Shown here piece by piece: positions 1 to 9,572 of a stretch of DNA of 38,907 bases. Each line of letters begins with the position of its first letter. Within the stretch, counting starts at the first letter, position 1. The notes under the pieces were generated by a model. The model searched no databases. It was not told the DNA's origin and worked only from the letters and a program-made list of their open reading frames with translations. This DNA comes from Burkholderiales bacterium. Lineage in GTDB: Bacteria > Pseudomonadota > Gammaproteobacteria > Burkholderiales > JACQAP01. Location of the stretch: positions 1 to 38,907 of the forward strand of contig JBOIFZ010000124.1 of the NCBI GenBank assembly GCA_050741735.1. Direction: 5' to 3'. The position numbers were made by a program, and so were the translations under genes.

Positions 1-185
1 GAAGCCGATTGGACGGTCTCGGTAACGCTGGTACGGCACGCCGAGGCCGCCAGAATCGCCTCGGACATCTTGGCGCGGGCCGTATAGTCCTGGTACGCCG
101 GCAGCGCGACCGCCGCCAGAATACCGATGATCGCGACCACGATCATCAGTTCGATAAGGGTAAAACCCTTTTGTAAGGCCTTCAT
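1..185 (-). CDS. pilA: Type IVa pilin (major pilin, PilA/PilE-like), N-terminal part; the gene runs off the window edge
   Basis: Reverse-strand translation from the ATG at 185-183 gives [54 protein letters not shown]... This is a short leader ending in Gly, followed by FTLIELMIV with Glu at +5, the type IV prepilin signature. An AAGGAG SD lies 6 nt upstream. Confidence 0.9.
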   Translation of the reverse strand, partial: MKALQKGFTLIELMIVVAIIGILAAVALPAYQDYTARAKMSEAILAASACRTSVTETVQSA

Positions 186-248
186 GGATCACTCCTTGAT
201 GGTTGATTAAAGAAACACACCTGGATTCCGTGTGTTCTACCTCACTAG

Positions 249-264
249 CGCAATCCCCGTGCCA
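249..264 (-). promoter_or_regulatory. Sigma-54 (RpoN) -24/-12 promoter for the pilin gene
   Basis: The minus strand reads TGGCAC-GGGGA-TTGCG, matching the TGGCAC-N5-TTGC consensus. It lies about 65 nt upstream of the pilin ATG. RpoN/PilR-dependent pilin promoters are well established in Pseudomonas, Neisseria and Myxococcus. Confidence 0.75.
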
Positions 265-472
265 ACCTGCTTCGGACGCTGCCAGTAACGCCCTCTTGGT
301 TTGTCGCTATCCCCATAAACGTTTGAAAAACAGCCTCTTGCAAAGCCATCCTGCGACCACGACTTAACCTTTAACAAGCCGTCGCCGGCACCCAATCAGT
401 ACCTCCTGCGGCCAGTCAACACGCATCCGGCGACACGCAATCCGGGCACCCGGCAGTAACTGACGCAGTTCG

Positions 473-2110
<1,638 letters not shown>

Positions 2111-2156
2111 GGAAGGGTGATCTCGCGTAAAGACTGCCCGGTGCGGTCGCGATCGC

Positions 2157-4547
2157 CTACTTGATGCAGACTGCCCGGACCTGATGCAATTCGGTAATGC
2201 CCTGCAGGACCTTCTCGATGCCGTCCTGTTTCAGCGTCCGCATGCCTTCGGCAAGCGCGGTGGCAACGATTTCCGCTACCTGCGAGTGCTCCTGGATGTG
2301 CTTCTTGAGCGAATCGGTGCCCACCAGCAGCTCGTGCAGGCCTACCCGGCCCTTGTAGCCGGTGCCGCCGCAGACGTCGCATCCAACCGGCGTGTACAAC
2401 TTGAATTGTCCCTTTTCGTCGGCAAACTGCTTGGCCCAATCGCGGTAAATTGATTCGTACGCGGCCTTCGGGTCGCGCTTCCATTGCACGGTGTTCTTCA
2501 GCTCGACGCAGTACTCCTCGAGAATCCCCTTGAGTTCTTCCTGCGTAGCCACGTGAGGTGTCTTGCACTTGGAGCACAGCCGCTTGGCCAGGCGTTGCGC
2601 CAGTACCCCAAGCAATGCGTCGGCAAAATTGAACGGGTCCATGCCCAAGTCGAGCAGGCGGACAATCGACTCCGGCGCGCTGTTGGTATGCAGCGTGGTG
2701 AACACCAGGTGGCCGGTGAGCGAAGCCTCGATGCCGATCGAGGTGGTCTCCTTGTCGCGCATTTCACCCACCATGATGATGTCGGGATCGGCGCGCAAAA
2801 ACGCCCTCATCGCGACCGCGAAAGTCAGCCCGGCCTTGACGTTCATCTGTACCTGGCGCAGGCCCTTCTGGGTGATTTCGACCGGGTCCTCGGCGGTCCA
2901 GATCTTGGTCTCCGGCGTGTTCAGATAACCGAGCGCCGAATGCAGCGTGGTGGTCTTGCCGGAACCGGTCGGGCCGCACACGAAGAACAGTCCGTAAGGC
3001 ATGCTGACCACGTCCTTCAACGTGCCGAGGTTGCGCTCCGACAGTCCCAGTTTGTCGAGCGGGATCGGCTCGCCCCCGCCGAGAATACGCATCACGATGT
3101 CCTCGACGCCGCCCGCAGACGGAATGGTCGCCACCCGCAGTTCGATATCGAGCGGGCCGAATTTCTTGAACTTAATCTTGCCGTCCTGGGGTTTGCGTTT
3201 TTCCGAGATGTCGAGATCGCACATGATCTTCAGGCGCGCGGCAATGGCATTGCGGTAGCTCGACGGCACCGAAATATACGGTTGCAGCGTGCCGTCCTTG
3301 CGGAAGCGGACTTCGGTCTTGCCCTTTCCCGGATACGGCTCGACGTGAATGTCGGAAGCCCCCTGGTGATAGGCGTCCACGATGATCTTGTTTACCAGTT
3401 TCACCAGTTCGTTGTCCTGCGCCAGGGATACGTCGTCGGTTCCGCCTCCGGCCCCACCCTCGTCGTCGCCCTCGTCGTCCATGGTGGACAGCAGTTCGGT
3501 GATGTTCGAGGTGTCACCCACGGCATCCGCGCCGAAGAACTGATCCAGCGTGGCGCTGAATTCGCGCCGGGTGCACACTTTGAAAACCACCTTGTGCTTG
3601 GGAAAGATGTTGGCCACCACTTTCGAGGCGCGCACTTTTTCCGGGTCGGTGGTAAGCACGATCAGGCCTTCCCTCACGTCTTCGATCGGCACCCAGGAGC
3701 TGCTCTCGACGAAATCGCGCTTCAGGTTCCTGAGCAGGTCCATGGGCTTGCCCCGGTCCTGCTTGAACGACTCGTAGGGCACGCGGAAGAACTGGGACAG
3801 CGCTTCGCCGATCGCCGGCGCTTTGACCTGGAACTCGTCGGACAGAACATCCTCGATGTCCCGGTTCTTGCGCCTGGCGGAACGGGTCGCGAGTTCCATT
3901 TCTTCTGCGGAAAGCACCGCATTGGTCACCAGATGGTCGTACTTCCCGCGCAGCATCGCCGTCGGGCGGCTGCGTTGCTTCAGCGCAATGGCAAGGGTTT
4001 CACCGAGATGCGTCGCGCCTTCCTCCGCGACGGCGGAAAAAGGCTGGCCGCTCTTGGCATTGATCACCTGCACCACGCCGATCAGCTCGCCTCCAGGGCC
4101 ATCCGTTATCGGCACCACCAGCATTTGCTTGGTGCGGTATCCGGTGCGGCGGTCCACTTCCTTGAGGAACTTGAGGTCAGCGTTGTGGCCGCGCAGCTCA
4201 TTGTCGTCGTAGACATCGCGGATGCTGATGAGCCTCTTCGACAACGCCACGAAGCCGGCGATGCTCTGCTCGTTGATCGGCAGCTTCAGGTCCTTGAAAG
4301 AAGACAAGCCGGTCTTCACCTTGGAGATGATCGACGTCCTGTCGTCGGAAACCACGTAGATGGTGAGCCGGTCGGCCTCGAACACGGCGCAGATATCCTG
4401 CGACAGCTCCAGCATGATCTCGTCGATATTGCTGGTCGCATGAATCTTGTTCGTGACCACCTGGAGCCTTTTCTGGAACTCCAGTTTATGGCTCATTTCG
4501 GCCAGGTTATGGCCGGTTTGCGGCTTGGTCTCAAAGACTGTGCTCAT
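2157..4547 (-). CDS. GspE/PilB/MshE-family secretion/pilus assembly ATPase with an N-terminal GAF domain
   Basis: 796-aa ORF. The GAF core (VDRRTGYRTKQMLVVPITDGPGGELIGVVQVINAKSG) lies in roughly aa 30-190. It is followed by a GspE_N-like segment, Walker A GPTGSGKTTT, the GEMRD Asp box, and the tetracysteine CSKC...CDVCGGTGYKGR typical of assembly ATPases. An AAGGAAGGA SD precedes the ATG. Confidence 0.9.
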   Translation of the reverse strand: MSTVFETKPQTGHNLAEMSHKLEFQKRLQVVTNKIHATSNIDEIMLELSQDICAVFEADRLTIYVVSDDRTSIISKVKTGLSSFKDLKLPINEQSIAGFVALSKRLISIRDVYDDNELRGHNADLKFLKEVDRRTGYRTKQMLVVPITDGPGGELIGVVQVINAKSGQPFSAVAEEGATHLGETLAIALKQRSRPTAMLRGKYDHLVTNAVLSAEEMELATRSARRKNRDIEDVLSDEFQVKAPAIGEALSQFFRVPYESFKQDRGKPMDLLRNLKRDFVESSSWVPIEDVREGLIVLTTDPEKVRASKVVANIFPKHKVVFKVCTRREFSATLDQFFGADAVGDTSNITELLSTMDDEGDDEGGAGGGTDDVSLAQDNELVKLVNKIIVDAYHQGASDIHVEPYPGKGKTEVRFRKDGTLQPYISVPSSYRNAIAARLKIMCDLDISEKRKPQDGKIKFKKFGPLDIELRVATIPSAGGVEDIVMRILGGGEPIPLDKLGLSERNLGTLKDVVSMPYGLFFVCGPTGSGKTTTLHSALGYLNTPETKIWTAEDPVEITQKGLRQVQMNVKAGLTFAVAMRAFLRADPDIIMVGEMRDKETTSIGIEASLTGHLVFTTLHTNSAPESIVRLLDLGMDPFNFADALLGVLAQRLAKRLCSKCKTPHVATQEELKGILEEYCVELKNTVQWKRDPKAAYESIYRDWAKQFADEKGQFKLYTPVGCDVCGGTGYKGRVGLHELLVGTDSLKKHIQEHSQVAEIVATALAEGMRTLKQDGIEKVLQGITELHQVRAVCIK

Positions 4548-4643
4548 GGCGTCCTTCCTTTTTCCGTTTGCCGGTTGCCACTCCGGGATACTACCCCAGC
4601 AACTTCCGGGCCGCTTACCCGCGACTTGCCCGGCAGCGGGGCA

Positions 4644-5408
4644 CTAAAATTTGAAAACCTGGCCGTTGGACAACATGCGGGGGTTGTAGCGTTCCGCATA
4701 CTCCCCGACTTCCTGCATCGTCACCGTGCCGGCGCCGGGCTTCAGGTGCGTGATATAGACCCGCGCCGGGCGCTTGAGTTTGGCCAGTTCCTCCGCCAGC
4801 ATGCTCGGACACAGATGTTTCGACGTGATCGCCAGCTCCTTCTCCTCGTTCGGGAAGGCCGTCTCGATGATCAGATAGCGCAGGTTCTCGATCTTGTTGA
4901 CTTCTGCCCAAAGCGCGTCGTTGGTGGTGGTGTCGCCCGTGAAAACCAGACTTGCCTCGCCGCTGTCGAGGTGGAACCCGACCGCGGGGACCACGTGATT
5001 GGCCGGCAACACGGTAATCCGGCGTCCGCCGAGATTAACGCATTCGCCCACTGCAAACGTGGTGTATTTCATGTACGGCGCGGACTTGCTCGGAATTTCG
5101 GCGAAATCCGGCCATACCTTCCAGTTGAAAATGTGGTCCTTCAGGATTTTGTGCGTCGGCTCGGTGCAGTGCACGTTGATCGGCGTATCGCGCATCGGGC
5201 CGATGGTGTCCACCAGGAACGGCAGCGAGGTGATGTGATCGAGATGCGAGTGGGTGATGAACACGTGGTCCACCTTCAGCAGCTCGGTGAGGCTCAGATC
5301 CCCGACCCCGGTTCCGGCGTCGATCAGCACGTCGTAGTCGAGCAGCATCGTGGTGGTGCGCAGGTTTCCACCGATTCCGCCACTGCACCCGAGTACCCTG
5401 ATCAGCAT
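4644..5408 (-). CDS. MBL-fold hydrolase resembling class II 3',5'-cyclic-nucleotide phosphodiesterase (CpdP/PDE1-like)
   Basis: 254-aa ORF. The N-terminus is MLIRVLGCSGG...LLDYDVLIDAGTG and the core is THSHLDHITSL (the HxHLDH core of the class II PDE signature; the rest of the signature matches only partly). The ATG lies 2 nt after the cyclase stop codon. Confidence 0.7.
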   Translation of the reverse strand: MLIRVLGCSGGIGGNLRTTTMLLDYDVLIDAGTGVGDLSLTELLKVDHVFITHSHLDHITSLPFLVDTIGPMRDTPINVHCTEPTHKILKDHIFNWKVWPDFAEIPSKSAPYMKYTTFAVGECVNLGGRRITVLPANHVVPAVGFHLDSGEASLVFTGDTTTNDALWAEVNKIENLRYLIIETAFPNEEKELAITSKHLCPSMLAEELAKLKRPARVYITHLKPGAGTVTMQEVGEYAERYNPRMLSNGQVFKF

Positions 5409-5410
5409 CG

Positions 5411-7639
5411 CTATTTAGTCTCGAATTTCCAGGAGCCGTCCCAGCCTTGCTCCGGAGGATTGCTGCGGAATAAGGCAATGCGCCCGAGGAAGAGCTTATA
5501 AAGTCCGCTCGCTGCGTTGCGCTTTTGCAGGTTGAGCAACTGCAATTCTGCCATATCCCAGTCGCGCGCCCGGTAAAGCTTGAGCGCCTGCCCCCAAAGC
5601 TTCAATTCGTCCTGCACCGCCTTGTCGACTTCCACCGCCAGGCCGATCGGTTCGAAAATGGTCACCGGCTTGTCCTTGCCTTTCACCTTCACCTGATCGA
5701 GCTCGCGAAAGACCACGTCGGGAACCTCCGCGCGGGTGCCTTCGCCGACGATCATGTTGACCCCGTATTCCTTGGTCTTGCCTTCCAGGCGCGAAGCCAA
5801 ATTCACCGCATCGCCCATCACGGTGTAGGCCAGACGGATTTCCGAGCCCATGTTGCCAACGCTCATGCGGCCACTGTTCACGCCCACGCCAATGTGGATT
5901 GGGGGCCAGCCCATTTCCTGGAAGTGCGGCTGCAGCGCGTCGAGGACTTTGTGCATCTCCAGACCCGCGAGCACGGCGCTGCGCGCATGCTGTGGATCGT
6001 CGAGCGGAGCCCCCCAGAATGCCATGATGCAATCCCCCATGTACTTGTCGATGGTGCCGAGATGCTTGTAGATCACCCGGGTGAGCGGCGTGAGGAATTC
6101 GTTCATCAGCTTGGAGAGCTGCTTCGGGTCGAGGCCTTCGGAAATGGTGGTGAATCCGCGCACGTCGGTGAACAACACCGACAACTCGCGACTTTCGCCT
6201 TCCATCGAGAAGGACTCGGGATCCCTGCTCATTTCGTCCACCAGCTCGGGCGGTACATACTGGCCGAACAGGCCGGTGAGCTGGCGCTTGGCGCGCGATT
6301 CGACGAAGAAGCCGTAGGACATGTTGAGCGCAAACAGCGTTGCGATAATCAACAGGCCCGAGGCCAGGGGCAACACCAGGTTGCCCTCGGTCCACACCAG
6401 CACGTTGCTGGCGAACACGGCCGCCAGCACCACCACCGTGAGCATAGTGGCGCGTAGCGGATTCACCAGAGGCAGCACCAGCGCCATCGCCAGACCCGAA
6501 AACAACAGCAGCACCACCTCGGCGCCAAGCACATACGGCGGCTTCTGCTTGATCTTGCCGTCGAGCATGCCGGTGATCAAATTGGCGTGAATTTCCACTC
6601 CGGGGTACACGCCTGCCACCGGAGTCGCCCTGAGGTCGAACAGCCCCGGCGTGGTCGTACCCACCAGGACTATCTTGTTCTTCAGATCGTCGATCGGTGC
6701 CGTGCCATGCAACACATCGGTCCCTGAAACATACTTGAAACTGCCCTGGCGGCCGCGGTAGGGAACCAGTGCCGCCACCTGGACATCCACCGGAATGCGT
6801 ACCGAGCCGATGTCGATCCACTCCAGTCCGGGATAGTTCCTGGTGAAGAACTTTTCCTCCGGGAAACCGGGAACGACCGGCGGCGATTCCAGCCCGAGGC
6901 GCACCATCGCCATCGATAGCGATTCGTAGTACGCGCCCCCGTACTCCGCCAGCATCGGCACCCGCCTGGTCACACCGTCTTCGTCGGGCAAGGGGTTGAA
7001 GTGACCGCCGCTTGCCGCGGCCTCCTGGAATTCCGCGAGGTTGGCGCCGTAACCGATCCAGCGGGTAAAGTCGATATTCTTGCCCTTGAAGGTGCCGGCC
7101 GGCAGGCCCGGCTTGGGCAACGCGCCCGTGGCGCGCCCTTTTCCGTCTTCCGACACGACATCGGAAAAGTAATAGCCCAGCACAACTGCGCGATTCCTCA
7201 GCTTCTCGGCGAACGCGCGGTCGTATTCGAGTTGCGGACCGATCTCCTTGAGCACCGCCTGGTACTGCGCGTTGCCCCGGAGCTGGTTCTCGCCGAGCTG
7301 CCTGAGCACCCCCAGGCCGGAACTTTCGTCGCGTTCCGCGAACACCACGTCGAAGCCGACGATGCCCACCTTGTAGTGATCGAACAGCTGGTCGAGCATC
7401 AGCGCGAGCTTGTCGCGGCGCCACGGCCAGCGGCCCTCCGCGGCGAGGCTTTTCTCGTCGATGTCGACGATGACCAGGCGTGGATCGATGCTATTGGGCA
7501 TCGTCAGGCGCAGGCGCGCGTCGTAAATGATGTTTTCGAAGCGATTGACGAAGGGGATTTGGTAGTAACGGGCGGCGTGGCCGACAAAAATCAGAATCAC
7601 CACCAGTCCGAGCGCAATGCGCACCAGATGCTTCTTCAA
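5411..7639 (-). CDS. CHASE2 sensor domain-containing class III (IIIb) adenylate cyclase
   Basis: 742-aa ORF. The N-terminal TM plus CHASE2 region contains VIVDIDEKSLAAEGRWPWRRD, followed by multiple TM helices. The cyclase domain has FTDVRGFTT, GTIDKYMGDCIMAFWGAP and AYTVMGDAVNLASRLEG. The only start candidate is a TTG at 7639, preceded by the SD AAGGGAGA. Confidence 0.88.
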   Translation of the reverse strand: MKKHLVRIALGLVVILIFVGHAARYYQIPFVNRFENIIYDARLRLTMPNSIDPRLVIVDIDEKSLAAEGRWPWRRDKLALMLDQLFDHYKVGIVGFDVVFAERDESSGLGVLRQLGENQLRGNAQYQAVLKEIGPQLEYDRAFAEKLRNRAVVLGYYFSDVVSEDGKGRATGALPKPGLPAGTFKGKNIDFTRWIGYGANLAEFQEAAASGGHFNPLPDEDGVTRRVPMLAEYGGAYYESLSMAMVRLGLESPPVVPGFPEEKFFTRNYPGLEWIDIGSVRIPVDVQVAALVPYRGRQGSFKYVSGTDVLHGTAPIDDLKNKIVLVGTTTPGLFDLRATPVAGVYPGVEIHANLITGMLDGKIKQKPPYVLGAEVVLLLFSGLAMALVLPLVNPLRATMLTVVVLAAVFASNVLVWTEGNLVLPLASGLLIIATLFALNMSYGFFVESRAKRQLTGLFGQYVPPELVDEMSRDPESFSMEGESRELSVLFTDVRGFTTISEGLDPKQLSKLMNEFLTPLTRVIYKHLGTIDKYMGDCIMAFWGAPLDDPQHARSAVLAGLEMHKVLDALQPHFQEMGWPPIHIGVGVNSGRMSVGNMGSEIRLAYTVMGDAVNLASRLEGKTKEYGVNMIVGEGTRAEVPDVVFRELDQVKVKGKDKPVTIFEPIGLAVEVDKAVQDELKLWGQALKLYRARDWDMAELQLLNLQKRNAASGLYKLFLGRIALFRSNPPEQGWDGSWKFETK

Positions 7640-7939
7640 GCTGTCTCCCTTGATTCGCAGCGCGTCGGCTCAACGCCGCATCTGCGGAGCCCGAGCGCGC
7701 AGGCGGAGCAGGCCGGTGGATGCGACCCGGAGTCGCTCGCATTGCACGCCCCTCATGTGCATTCGATGGGCCGCCTACGCGGTCATATCCCCGGAGGGGC
7801 CCCTGTTCCGCGCTCCGGCGTCCCTAGCAGTCATCCGCACCCGGCGCAACGCGCGTCGTCGGACTTATGCAGAGATTCCCTAGTTATCGATGTCTCCTCT
7901 GGCGCGGGTAGTTAAAGTCCGAGCGGGCAGCGGTTCGGC

Positions 7940-8722
7940 TCAGGATTTCAGGAAGAACTCCATCTTTACCCCGGCCAGCTCGATGATGTCGTGATCGTTG
8001 AGCTGGTGGGCCTGGGCATCGAGCGCCTTGCCGTTGACCACCGGGAAGTTGGTGCCTTCCACGTGGGTAATGTAGTAGCCATGTGGCCGCTTGGCGATGA
8101 CCGCCACCTGCACCCCGGGCTTGCCCAGCGTGGTCAGCGGCTTGAGCAGCGGCAGTTCCTTGCCGGAATTGGGCCCGGAGAGAATTTGGATGGTGCCTTG
8201 TCCCCCTGGCATTGCCGTGGCGGCAGGCGCGGCCGCGGCCTGCGACGGAGCCGGCTTGTGCGCTTCCGTCGCCGCCGGCGCGGCCTGGGGATTGATGACG
8301 GTGTCGCTCAGTTTCGCGGCCTGGGGGACGTGGTCCTGGGTATCGGTCGGCGCCTTTGTTTCCGCCTTGGATACTGCGACGGGAGCGCGCAGCACCATGG
8401 TCTTCTCGAACTCGACCTGGCTCATGCTGGCCGGCGCTTCGTTGACGTACTTGAGCTTGTATTTGCCGATTTCGATGATGTCGTTGTTCTGAAGGAAGTG
8501 CTTCTTCACCGGCTGGCCGTTGACCAGCGTACCGTTGGTGCTGCCAAGATCCTCGAGAAAGGAATCCTTGAGGATGGTCATGATGATGGCGTGCTCTCCG
8601 CTGACAGCCAGATTGTCGATCTGAACGTCGTTGTGCGGTTTGCGGCCGATGGTGGATCGCTCCTTGGTGAGGGTGAACTCCTTGATCACCTGGCCATCGA
8701 GACTGAGTATCAACTTCGCCAT
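7940..8722 (-). CDS. FHA domain protein (canonical N-terminal FHA, Ala/Pro-rich linker, degenerate C-terminal FHA-like domain)
   Basis: 260-aa ORF. The N-terminal region STIGRKPHNDVQIDNLAVSGEHAII...GSTNGTLVNG carries the GR...SxxH...NGT FHA signature. The C-terminal domain (TLGKPGVQVAVIAKRPHGYYITHVEGTNFPVVNGKAL) has the FHA fold pattern but lacks the Arg/Ser/His triad. An AAGAGGAAG SD is present. Confidence 0.85.
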   Translation of the reverse strand: MAKLILSLDGQVIKEFTLTKERSTIGRKPHNDVQIDNLAVSGEHAIIMTILKDSFLEDLGSTNGTLVNGQPVKKHFLQNNDIIEIGKYKLKYVNEAPASMSQVEFEKTMVLRAPVAVSKAETKAPTDTQDHVPQAAKLSDTVINPQAAPAATEAHKPAPSQAAAAPAATAMPGGQGTIQILSGPNSGKELPLLKPLTTLGKPGVQVAVIAKRPHGYYITHVEGTNFPVVNGKALDAQAHQLNDHDIIELAGVKMEFFLKS

Positions 8723-8734
8723 ATCTGCTTCCTC

Positions 8735-9559
8735 TTATTTGAACCACGAAAGGAACTTCGCCCACAGGCCTTCGTCAGCCGGGAAGTCCTTCTTCACCCT
8801 GATCAGCACCACGGAGACATTATCACGCCCGCCGTTGTCATTCGCCATCTGTACCAGTTGATCGGCCGCGAGCGGGAGGTTGCTGCCGATCGCCGCCAGG
8901 GTCATTGCGATGTCCTCGTCGTCGACCATGTCATTGAGTCCATCGGAGCACAGCAGATAGATGTCGCCGGGCTCGGCCGGATAAGTACGGATCTCCGCCT
9001 CGACTTCCGGCTCGATGCCCAACGCCCTCGTGACCAGGTTCTTGTTCTGCGAGCGCTTGGCGGCCTCCTTGGTGAGCAGGCCGCTGTCGATTTGTTCCTG
9101 CAGCAGCGAATGGTCGCGGGTGATCTGCTGCAGATTGTCCCCGCGAAAGCGGTAACAGCGGGAATCGCCGATGTGGGCAATCGTTATCTGGTTGTTGCAC
9201 AACAATGTCACCACCAGCGTGGTCCCCATGCCCGCGTACTGCGGCTGGCTGTTGGCCGACTGGAAAATCGAGGTGTTGGCCCTGGCGATGATGTCCCGAA
9301 GCAGGCCGGTCGCCAGCGGAGAACCGGAACTTTCGTCCAGTTCGTGTGGCGCATGCCGGGCCAGCGCTTCGCGGGTCTCGCTTGAAATCAGCGCGGTGGC
9401 GATGCCGCTGGCGACTTCGCCGGCATTGTAGCCACCCATGCCGTCGGCCAGCACCGCCAGCCCGATCTGCGCGTCGGTAGCAGTGCTGTCCTCGTTGTGG
9501 GAGCGCACCATCCCGGTGTGGGTGGCTTTCGCCATCTCCAGGGAGGGGGTCAGATTCAT
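8735..9559 (-). CDS. PP2C-family Ser/Thr protein phosphatase (Stp-like)
   Basis: Motifs are HTGMVRSHNEDS, LADGMGGYNAGEVAS, LLCSDGL and DNGGRDNVSVV. I prefer the ATG at 9559. The ORF track starts at a TTG at 9568. Confidence 0.88.
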   Translation of the reverse strand: MNLTPSLEMAKATHTGMVRSHNEDSTATDAQIGLAVLADGMGGYNAGEVASGIATALISSETREALARHAPHELDESSGSPLATGLLRDIIARANTSIFQSANSQPQYAGMGTTLVVTLLCNNQITIAHIGDSRCYRFRGDNLQQITRDHSLLQEQIDSGLLTKEAAKRSQNKNLVTRALGIEPEVEAEIRTYPAEPGDIYLLCSDGLNDMVDDEDIAMTLAAIGSNLPLAADQLVQMANDNGGRDNVSVVLIRVKKDFPADEGLWAKFLSWFK

Positions 9560-9572
9560 TTCTTCCAATCCA

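Noticed and set aside
2484-5501. 1005-aa ORF on the plus strand, the longest ORF in the window.
   Set aside because: It runs antisense to the clearly recognisable ATPase, PDE and cyclase genes. Its translation is Arg/Ala/Gly/His-rich low-complexity sequence with no motif. This is a typical stop-poor shadow frame in GC-rich DNA.
5496-7424. 642-aa minus-strand ORF in an alternative frame of the cyclase gene.
   Set aside because: It lies on the same strand but out of frame with the cyclase, whose CHASE2 and catalytic motifs are unambiguous. The translation is Arg/Gly/Ala repeats.
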